A DNA stretch of 64,000 nucleotides from an uncultured Victivallaceae bacterium (GTDB taxonomy: Bacteria > Verrucomicrobiota > Lentisphaeria > Victivallales > GWF2-50-93), in the NCBI GenBank assembly GCA_964636325.1, contig CAZWRV010000003.1:1824-65823 (forward strand). Reading direction: 5' to 3'. Position numbers and translations under genes: made by a program. A model generated the notes under the pieces. That model worked only from the letters and a program-made list of their open reading frames with translations, did no database searches and was not told the DNA's origin. This document shows, one piece after another, positions 51,452 through 58,933 of this stretch (the stretch's first letter is position 1; every line of letters begins with the position of its first letter).

Positions 51452-52116
51452 TTCCTCTGACCCATCTTTAACAGCTCGTAGTAGTCGTTGTTCAGATTCC
51501 GCCAGGGGGTTTCCTCTATGCAGTAGATGCTGTCGTTCACCCTTGTTATGGCGGGATCCCTCGCGGCGGCCTTGAACATGTTTGCGACCTCCGCGGCCTT
51601 CCTTTCCGGATTTACAGCGCCGCCGATTATGGCCTGGTTCATCGTGACCTTCAGTCTTATATACATGTCCTTGGCGACCGAAGGTGTGATCTTGAGGTCG
51701 GGTGCGAACCTCTGGAGGAACCTCGGATGGACGAAGGCCACCGCATGGTGATCCTTTCCGTCAAGGGGGATGGACCAGTATGTCGTCGATCCGGAGAGGT
51801 ATATGGCCCTGTTGCCCTCCCCGCGCATGAGCACCTCATATTCGAAGGAGACGTCGTCCAGCCATTCCGTCTGCCTGTTCTTGTCCGTCTTGGACACGGT
51901 CGTGAAGGTCACGTTGATCACAAGCCACATCTCTATCTCTTTTACGATTCCGGCGACATTCTGGACATTTATCTGAGGCGTCTGCTGGAACTGGCAGTCG
52001 AACTTGAAGTTCTTGAAATATTCCTCCTGGGCGCTGAGGGACAGGCAGGCGGAAAACGCCGCTGCCAGGAGAATCCCGAATGCGGCCTTAGCGAATTTGG
52101 CATCCGTATACGGCAT
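51448..52116 (-). CDS. Small exported protein, paralogue B (possible lipoprotein), first-gene pair of the pilus-like operon
   Basis: The signal peptide has AAFSAC, a lipobox-like sequence. It aligns along its whole length with the gene at 52123-52773, for example DKNRQTEWLDDVSFEYEVL, TMNQAIIGGAVNPERKA and YYELLK. Confidence 0.7.
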   Translation of the reverse strand: MPYTDAKFAKAAFGILLAAAFSACLSLSAQEEYFKNFKFDCQFQQTPQINVQNVAGIVKEIEMWLVINVTFTTVSKTDKNRQTEWLDDVSFEYEVLMRGEGNRAIYLSGSTTYWSIPLDGKDHHAVAFVHPRFLQRFAPDLKITPSVAKDMYIRLKVTMNQAIIGGAVNPERKAAEVANMFKAAARDPAITRVNDSIYCIEETPWRNLNNDYYELLKMGQRK

Positions 52117-52122
52117 CCCTAT

Positions 52123-52773
52123 CTATCTCCGTACTGGCTTGATAAGCTCGTAATAGTCGTAGTTCAGGTCGCGCCAAGGCGTCTTGTCGATGCCGTAGAC
52201 GCTGTCGTTCACCCTCAATATGTTCGGATCTGTGGCGGCCTTCTTGAACGCATTGGCGACTTCCATAGCCTTGCGCTCAGGATTTACCGCCCCTCCGATG
52301 ATGGCCTGGTTCATGGTGACCTTTATCCTTATGTAGGTGTCCTTGGCAGCGGAGGGGGACGTGGACTTCAGTTCCGGAGCATAACGCTGCAGGAACCTGG
52401 GGTGTATGAAACCCACGGAATGATGCTCCTTCCCGTCGAGGGGGATGGCCCAGTAGGTGGTGGTTCCGGAAAGATAGACGGGCCCCTTGAAGCCCGGAAC
52501 CAGCACCTCGTATTCGAAGGAGACGTCGTCGAGCCACTCGGGCTGCCTGTTCTTGTCAGTCTTGCTGACGGTCGTGCATGTCACATTGATCACAAGCCAC
52601 ATGTCGAGCTTCGCGACCGGAAGGCCGGCCACGTTGGGGGCGTTTATCTGAGGGGTCTGCTGGAAGCTGCAGTCAATCTTGAAGTTCTTGAAGAAGTCCT
52701 GCTGCTGCGGGAATACGGAGAGGCAACAGGACAAGGACAGCACAACAAGCAGGAGCTTGAGGACAAGCTTCAT
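52123..52773 (-). CDS. Small exported protein, paralogue A, first gene of the pilus-like operon
   Basis: The signal peptide is MKLVLKLLLVVLSLSCC. It shares blocks with paralogue B: FFKNFK.DC.FQQTPQIN, MWLVINVT.TTVSKTDKNRQ.EWLDDVSFEYEVL and VTMNQAIIGGAVNPERKA.EVAN.FK.AA.DP. Confidence 0.7.
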   Translation of the reverse strand: MKLVLKLLLVVLSLSCCLSVFPQQQDFFKNFKIDCSFQQTPQINAPNVAGLPVAKLDMWLVINVTCTTVSKTDKNRQPEWLDDVSFEYEVLVPGFKGPVYLSGTTTYWAIPLDGKEHHSVGFIHPRFLQRYAPELKSTSPSAAKDTYIRIKVTMNQAIIGGAVNPERKAMEVANAFKKAATDPNILRVNDSVYGIDKTPWRDLNYDYYELIKPVRR

Positions 52774-52957
52774 ATCGCACCTCGGAATTCGGACAAGATT
52801 TTATGTGAATTTATAAATCTATATAAATGAATTGCAAAATAAACCTGAAAAGTCCATTCTGCAAGCTCATTTCGAACAATTATTTTATTTTATTTAGCAG
52901 TTTCAATTTGACGGCCTAGATTCATATGCCGCCATAACACGACGCCTCTGGAAACGC

Positions 52958-53755
52958 ATGGCGGGCAGGTTGAAAGGCAGCTCAGGTCAGACGATGAACA
53001 ACTCCGGCAAAGAGGCCGCTAGCACATGGATTGCAATCCCCGTCTTCAACCACGGAGCCGAGCTGGTGAAGCTGCTGCCGCGGCTCATCGGACACTGGAG
53101 GGGCGGTATACTTGTGGTTGACGACGGCTCGACCGACGTGGATCTGGGGCAGGAATTGAAAGCGTTTCCGTCCGTGGCGCTGCTCAGGCATGGAGGCAAC
53201 CGGGGGAAGGGCGCAGCTCTGCTCAGCGCCGCGGCGCATCTTGAAAGGCTCGGCTGCAAAACCATGATAACTCTCGACTCCGACGGCCAGCACGATCCCG
53301 CTGACATTTCGCGGTTCAGCCGTCTCCTGGAGGGAGGCTTCGAGGGCGTCATCATCGGCGACAGGGACTTCAGGGGCTCCCGCGCGCCCGCGGCAAGCCG
53401 GCTAGGCAGGAAACTCTCAAACCTTCTAGTATTCCTCCAGACGGGGGCATGGCTGCCCGACACCCAGTCAGGCTTCAGGGCATATCCGGTCAGGACGCTG
53501 CTGGACGTCAGGTGCATCTCAAACCGTTTCGCATTCGAATCTGAAATCATCGTCCGTGCGGCCTGGCGGGGGGTGGAAATAAGATCTGTCGGAATATCGG
53601 TTGATTATCCTGCCGGCAGGATCTCCCACTTCAGGCACTTCACAGACACCATCAGGATTGCGTCCGTCCATCTGCTGCTCCTCGCGGAGAGAATGTCGGG
53701 GAGACGTAGCCGGAACGATTCAGGATCTCAGCCGCGCATCTTCGGCTCGAGATAG
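52958..53755 (+). CDS. Family-2 glycosyltransferase
   Basis: The motifs are IAIPVFNHG, ILVVDDGSTD, NRGKGAAL, TLDSDGQHDP and QSGFRAY. The start could be the MNNSGK codon at 52994. Confidence 0.8.
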   Translation: MAGRLKGSSGQTMNNSGKEAASTWIAIPVFNHGAELVKLLPRLIGHWRGGILVVDDGSTDVDLGQELKAFPSVALLRHGGNRGKGAALLSAAAHLERLGCKTMITLDSDGQHDPADISRFSRLLEGGFEGVIIGDRDFRGSRAPAASRLGRKLSNLLVFLQTGAWLPDTQSGFRAYPVRTLLDVRCISNRFAFESEIIVRAAWRGVEIRSVGISVDYPAGRISHFRHFTDTIRIASVHLLLLAERMSGRRSRNDSGSQPRIFGSR

Positions 53756-53976
53756 TCTATGCAGCTGTTCAGCGTGGCAAGCCTGCCGTAGTCGGACTCC
53801 GGCACTTCGACCTTGTGCTTCTTCCTCAGCTCCATTACAATGTCCAGGAAGTCCATGGAGTCAAGCTCAAGCTGATCCCTCAGCCTCTTGTCCGGATCCA
53901 CTCCGGAACAGTCGCCGTCGGGCAGGATATCGTTGATTATCTGTATTATCGCTTCCCTGACCTGGTCTCTCGTCAT
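53728..53976 (-). CDS. Acyl/peptidyl carrier protein (phosphopantetheine-binding)
   Basis: It is 82 aa with the attachment motif LELDSMDFLDIVMEL. It is not the canonical AcpP DSLDTVELV sequence. Confidence 0.75.
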   Translation of the reverse strand: MTRDQVREAIIQIINDILPDGDCSGVDPDKRLRDQLELDSMDFLDIVMELRKKHKVEVPESDYGRLATLNSCIDYLEPKMRG

Positions 53977-54196
53977 CTTCAGAACTCCTGAGTTAGCCGG
54001 AAAAAGAATATAGGAATTTTAAGTATACCCCGCAAAGTCGTTCCGTGCAAGTGCAATTCCGCAAAAAAAGCGCGGGGTGTTGAAATCGGAAATAGCGGAA
54101 CTATTTTCGTAGCCTGCGGCAGGCGCCCGGGGGAAGCGGGGGCGGAAAGCCCCGGCATCCGGGCAAAACTGTCAACTCACAACCCACATCGGCGCC

Positions 54197-55510
54197 ATGG
54201 CTGGAAAGATTGCGGAATATTTCAGGGAAGGGATATGGAGGCAGGAGACGGACGGGCTGCATCCCTTGAAGGCTTCTGCCGTCGAGGCACTAAAGGCGGT
54301 CATTATCGCCGTCAAGGGATTCAGGGCCGACAAGTGCGAGTTCAGGGCCTCGGCCCTCACCTTCTACACCTTGCTTTCAATCGTGCCCGTGGCGGCCATG
54401 CTCTTCGCCGTCGCCAGGGGGTTCGGCATGGAGAAGCACCTTCGCCAGCGCCTCTACGATGAGTTCAGCCAGCACTCGCAGACCCTCGACTACGTCGTCA
54501 GCTTCGCGAACTCGCTCCTCGAAAACACCCGGGCCGGCGCCATGGCCGGAGTCGGCGTAATAATACTGATATATACGATAATCAAGGTTCTTGGCAACAT
54601 CGAGGAGTCCTTCAACGACATCTGGAAGATAGACCGGCCGCGCCCGCTGACGAGGATGATCAGCGACTATCTGTCCTTCGTCCTGATCTGCCCTGTCCTC
54701 CTGGTGCTTTCGGGAAGCATAACAGTCTTCATCGCGACATTTCTGAAGGGCCTGTCGGTCAAGATCGGCATGGGCCATTCGCCGCTGTGGCTCTCGTTCG
54801 TCATGCTGAAGATTTTCGCATACATCGTGCCCTGGATGATGTTCACGTTCATCTACATGTTCATGCCCAACACCAAGGTGCGTCCGAAGGCGGGGCTTGC
54901 CGCGGGCATACTTGCAGGCTCCATATACCAGATCATCCAGTGGACCTTCATCAAGTTCCAGATCGGCGTCTCCAGCTACAACGCCATTTACGGGAGCTTC
55001 GCGGCCCTGCCCCTCTTCCTGGTCTGGATGCAGCTCAGCTGGCTAACAGTCCTCTTCGGGGCGGAGTTCTGCAACGCGCTCCAGAACTTGAAGAGGTATT
55101 CGCCAGACCCCCTCTTCGACGGAATCAGCCGCTACGGGCGGAAAATCCTGGCGCTGGAAATCACATCACTGGTCGCCAGGAACTTCAACGAGGGGCGTCC
55201 TCCGCTGGACTCCGAGGCGATCTCGAGGTCTCTCCGGATGCCCTGCGCGGTGGCCGAGGACGTCCTCGCATGGCTGGTATCCTCCGGAATCCTCTGCGAG
55301 ACGAGATGCCGGGGTTCCTCATCCTATCTGCCGTCCACCTCCTGCGAAAAGTTCAAGCTGTCATTCATACTCAGGCAGCTCGACCTCTCCGGCGAGGACA
55401 AGTTCCTCGAATCAGGCAATCCTGAGTTCAGGCGCGTAGACCTGGCCGTCAGAAACCTGATGGAGGAGATGTCAAGATCCAAGTCGGACATCCGCGTCGC
55501 GGAATTATGA
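54197..55510 (+). CDS. YihY/BrkB-family inner-membrane protein with a C-terminal cytoplasmic extension
   Basis: The sequence reads FRADKCEFRASALTFYTLLSIVPVAAMLFAV, with six TM segments and SFAALPLFLVWMQLSWLTVLFGAEF. Confidence 0.8.
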   Translation: MAGKIAEYFREGIWRQETDGLHPLKASAVEALKAVIIAVKGFRADKCEFRASALTFYTLLSIVPVAAMLFAVARGFGMEKHLRQRLYDEFSQHSQTLDYVVSFANSLLENTRAGAMAGVGVIILIYTIIKVLGNIEESFNDIWKIDRPRPLTRMISDYLSFVLICPVLLVLSGSITVFIATFLKGLSVKIGMGHSPLWLSFVMLKIFAYIVPWMMFTFIYMFMPNTKVRPKAGLAAGILAGSIYQIIQWTFIKFQIGVSSYNAIYGSFAALPLFLVWMQLSWLTVLFGAEFCNALQNLKRYSPDPLFDGISRYGRKILALEITSLVARNFNEGRPPLDSEAISRSLRMPCAVAEDVLAWLVSSGILCETRCRGSSSYLPSTSCEKFKLSFILRQLDLSGEDKFLESGNPEFRRVDLAVRNLMEEMSRSKSDIRVAEL

Positions 55511-55615
55511 CTCGACATAATATCTACTGGTCTTCACAGCCCCTGCCCGTTTTCCGCGGAGCATGATTGCGGGCCGCCGCCATCCGGCAAGCTCCGCCTT
55601 CTTACCCGACCGGAC

Positions 55616-55643
55616 TTGACTATTCTCCCTGAAAATATATATT
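55616..55643 (+). promoter_or_regulatory. Candidate sigma70-type promoter for ftsW: TTGACT-N16-TATATT
   Basis: TTGACT is at 55616-55621 and TATATT at 55638-55643, about 19 nt upstream of the ftsW ATG. PVC promoter consensus is not well defined. Confidence 0.3.
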
Positions 55644-55661
55644 TTATATGTTGAATTATCC

Positions 55662-56864
55662 ATGAATAGAGGGCGCATGGCGGATGTCCGCTTCAAACGG
55701 CTTAAGATTTCCGGCGTCGGAGAAGATGCCTGGCTCGACTCCGGCAAGGCGGCGGTAGGCCTCGCAACAACCGTGATGATCATGGTGCTCTTCGGCCTTG
55801 CCATGCTCTACTCCACCTCATCTGGGATGGCCGGCGCAAAGCTTTTCATCAAGCAGCTGGTCTGGGCCATACTGGGGATATTCTTCGCCACGTCCATATA
55901 CTACTACGGCTACAAGCGGGTCCTCGCCTTCACCGGCTATTTCCTTGCAGGATGCGCTCTGCTGCTGATAATAGCCCGCCTCGGAAAGCCGATCAACGGC
56001 GCATACAGGTGGATACAGCTCGGAGGGATCAGCGTCCAGCCCTCGGAGTTCGCCAAGCTGGCGGTCATCATGTTCCTCGCGCAGTTCTGCACTTCCAAGC
56101 AGCACTCGCTGAGCTCGTTCAAGCACGGCCTGCTGCCGTGCGGCATCGTCTGCTGCGCCATGGCCGGGCTCATCCTCCTCGGAAAGGATCTGGGAACTAC
56201 CTTCCTGCTTGTGGCGACTATACTTTTCGTCCTTTTCGCCGCCGGGCTCAGGCTGAGGTGGTACCTCCTGCTGTTCTCCTTCTGCATCCTGCTCGCGCCG
56301 ATATGCGCGGAATACCTCAAGAGCCACGACCCCGAGAGATGGTCAAGGGTCACCTCCTTCACCGACCCCAAGAAATACGCCAAGGACGAGGGCTACCAGC
56401 TCTGGAACTCCCTCATGGCGCTGGGCTCGGGCAACTGGACCGGCCTCGGATTCACCAAGAGCCGCATGAAGGGGATGTATCTGCCCGAGGCGCACACCGA
56501 CTTCATACTGTCCATCGTCGGAGAGGAGCTCGGCTACGCCGCAATGCTCGCCGTCATATTCCTCTACTTCATGTTCATGGTGTTCGCCATCTACATCAGC
56601 ATAAGATCCCCGGACAGGCAGGGGATGCTGCTCGGGTTCGGCATATGCGCGCTGATCACAATGCAGAGCATCATCAACATAGGCGTCATATCCGGGATGC
56701 TCCCTACCAAGGGCATACCCGCACCCTTCATAAGCTACGGCGGCAGCAACCTTATGGCATGCCTCTGCGCCGTCGGCCTCCTGCTAAGCATCTCAAACCA
56801 GGAAAACTCCGGAGAGATCAAGCATACCGTAATAAGACCCCCCTTCCAGCCGCCGCCCGCATAA
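55662..56864 (+). CDS. ftsW: SEDS-family peptidoglycan polymerase FtsW/RodA
   Basis: The motifs are IQLGGISVQPSEFAKLAVIMFLA, EAHTDFILSIVGEELG and PTKGIPAPFISYGGSN. It lies next to murG. Confidence 0.9.
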   Translation: MNRGRMADVRFKRLKISGVGEDAWLDSGKAAVGLATTVMIMVLFGLAMLYSTSSGMAGAKLFIKQLVWAILGIFFATSIYYYGYKRVLAFTGYFLAGCALLLIIARLGKPINGAYRWIQLGGISVQPSEFAKLAVIMFLAQFCTSKQHSLSSFKHGLLPCGIVCCAMAGLILLGKDLGTTFLLVATILFVLFAAGLRLRWYLLLFSFCILLAPICAEYLKSHDPERWSRVTSFTDPKKYAKDEGYQLWNSLMALGSGNWTGLGFTKSRMKGMYLPEAHTDFILSIVGEELGYAAMLAVIFLYFMFMVFAIYISIRSPDRQGMLLGFGICALITMQSIINIGVISGMLPTKGIPAPFISYGGSNLMACLCAVGLLLSISNQENSGEIKHTVIRPPFQPPPA

Positions 56865-56892
56865 GAAAGCACCCCCAATCACCCATTCGACG

Positions 56893-58050
56893 ATGCCGCC
56901 GATGAACCAAAATCCATATAAGGCGCTCCGTAAGCTCGTAATAGTCTGCGGCGGCACCGGGGGACACTTCTATCCCGGACTTTCGGTGGCGAGGGCCTTC
57001 GCGGAGGCCGGAGGCGAGGTAAGGCTCTTCGTCGGGGGAAAGAACTCCGTGCCGCAGGCCGCGGTCGCGGCGAAGTTCGGAATCCAGTCCGACATCTTCC
57101 CGCCGGCGAGCCCGCCCGCCGGGCTACCCGGCAGGGCGATGTTCATGATCCACCTCTGCAGGGACATATTCTCGTCGTACAAGAGGCTCGGTTCATACAA
57201 GCCCCAGGCTATTCTGGCCATGGGAAGCTACAACAGCATCCCGCCCGCACTCGCGGCGGTGTTCATGAAGATCCCGCTCTTCCTGCACGACGGCAACGCG
57301 AGGCTGGGAAAGGCCAACATCTTCCTTTCGAAGCGGGCCAGAAGGCTCCTCCTGTCGTTCCCGCCCGTGAACGCGGAAAAATGCGCATGCCCGTGGACCG
57401 TAACCGGAATGCCGGTCCGCCCGGAACTCGCGTCGAAGCGCATCCCGAAGCAGGAGGCTATCGCGCAGATCAACGTCGGCCACGGAACCGCGTTCTCCGC
57501 GGAAACGCCCACCGTCCTCGTATTCGGCGGAAGCCTCGGAGCCGAAACGATAAACAGAAACTTGCCCCGGACCCTCGCCGGACTCTCGTCGAGGCACAGG
57601 CTCCAGGCCTTCCATCTGGCAGGCGCGGGCAACCTGGACAAAGTCAAAGCGGGATATGCGGAAGTTCCGTTCCCATCCCTCGTCCTTGAGAAGACCGAGG
57701 ACATGCACCTCTTCTACTCGGCCGCCGACATCGTGGTCTGCCGGGCCGGAGGAAGCACCGTCGCGGAGCTGTCAATCTTTGCGAAGTTCGCAGTCCTCGT
57801 GCCCTACCCCCACGCGTCGGAAAACCACCAGGCAGACAACGCCGCGCACTACGTCTCCTCCGGCGCAGGCACGTCGCTGCCCAACGCCGACTGCGTCCCG
57901 GAAAAGCTCGCGCCGATCCTCGAAACAATGCTCAGGGACAGGGAGGAACTGCAGGCAAGGGGCGCCAAAGGCCTCGCACTCGCCAAGCCTCAGGCCGCCG
58001 AAGAAATACTCAGGGCCATTGACGAGGACATCTCGCAGGTACCACGCTGA
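56893..58050 (+). CDS. murG: UDP-GlcNAc:lipid I N-acetylglucosaminyltransferase MurG
   Basis: It has CGGTGGHFYPGLSVA, VCRAGGSTVAEL and HQADNA. Confidence 0.9.
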   Translation: MPPMNQNPYKALRKLVIVCGGTGGHFYPGLSVARAFAEAGGEVRLFVGGKNSVPQAAVAAKFGIQSDIFPPASPPAGLPGRAMFMIHLCRDIFSSYKRLGSYKPQAILAMGSYNSIPPALAAVFMKIPLFLHDGNARLGKANIFLSKRARRLLLSFPPVNAEKCACPWTVTGMPVRPELASKRIPKQEAIAQINVGHGTAFSAETPTVLVFGGSLGAETINRNLPRTLAGLSSRHRLQAFHLAGAGNLDKVKAGYAEVPFPSLVLEKTEDMHLFYSAADIVVCRAGGSTVAELSIFAKFAVLVPYPHASENHQADNAAHYVSSGAGTSLPNADCVPEKLAPILETMLRDREELQARGAKGLALAKPQAAEEILRAIDEDISQVPR

Positions 58051-58052
58051 TA

Positions 58053-58844
58053 TCACTTGACGCCCTTGGCGCGGACGTAGCCGAGCCATTCGTCCAGTCC
58101 CTCGCCGGTCTTCGCGCTGAGCCTGATGATCCTGATGCGCGGGTTGATGAGGCGTATGTTCTTATGGCACAGCGAGATGTCGCAGTCGAGATGGGGCAGC
58201 AGATCGATCTTGGTGATGACCGCGAGCTCCGCGCGGGAGAATATCTCCGGATATTTGACGGGCTTATCCTCCCCTTCGGTCACGGAAAGAAGCGCTATCT
58301 TGGCCTGCTCTCCGAGCCCGAACGACGCGGGGCAGACGAGGTTGCCGACGTTCTCGATGAAGAGGACATCAATCTTTTTCATTGTGAGATCCGGCAGGGA
58401 ATGGGCGATGTGTTCTGCGGTAAGATGGCACGCTCCGTGAGTCTGGATCTGGCGGATTTCAGCCCCCCTCCCCTCGAGCCTTCTCGCGTCGTTGTCGGTC
58501 TCTATGTCGCCGGTGATGACTGCGCAGGAGAGCTTCCCCTTCAGCGCGTCGAGCGTCTTTTCCAGGAGCATGGTCTTGCCAGCCCCCGGGGATGAGATAA
58601 TGTTCAGGACACGAATGCCGTGCCGGCCGAAAAACTCGCGGTTCCGGGCCGCGGTCTCATTGTTGCCGGCAAGAATGTCCTTGTCCAATGCGACGGTCTT
58701 CAGGTGAAGATGACCCGCGGAGCCTCCGTCATGGCGGTGCGAATGCTCCTTAGAACCCTCATGATGCCGGTGCACGGTGCCGTCCTCATGGCGGTGCCAG
58801 CCCTTCTTCAGCTTTGTTCCTCCGCATCCGCAAGCGTCGCACAT
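58053..58844 (-). CDS. hypB: Hydrogenase nickel-incorporation GTPase HypB (G3E family)
   Basis: The N-terminus is MCDACGCGG with a His-rich stretch HRHHEGSKEHSHRHDGGSAGH. The P-loop is SSPGAGKT, followed by ENVGNLVCPA and TKIDL. Confidence 0.9.
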   Translation of the reverse strand: MCDACGCGGTKLKKGWHRHEDGTVHRHHEGSKEHSHRHDGGSAGHLHLKTVALDKDILAGNNETAARNREFFGRHGIRVLNIISSPGAGKTMLLEKTLDALKGKLSCAVITGDIETDNDARRLEGRGAEIRQIQTHGACHLTAEHIAHSLPDLTMKKIDVLFIENVGNLVCPASFGLGEQAKIALLSVTEGEDKPVKYPEIFSRAELAVITKIDLLPHLDCDISLCHKNIRLINPRIRIIRLSAKTGEGLDEWLGYVRAKGVK

Positions 58845-58933
58845 GGCGTCCTCCTTCCGGCCACCAAAGGTGGCAAATTGAACGACTGCGGCCGGCTGCT
58901 ATCGATCGCAGCCGAATGCAATCGGACTGGACA

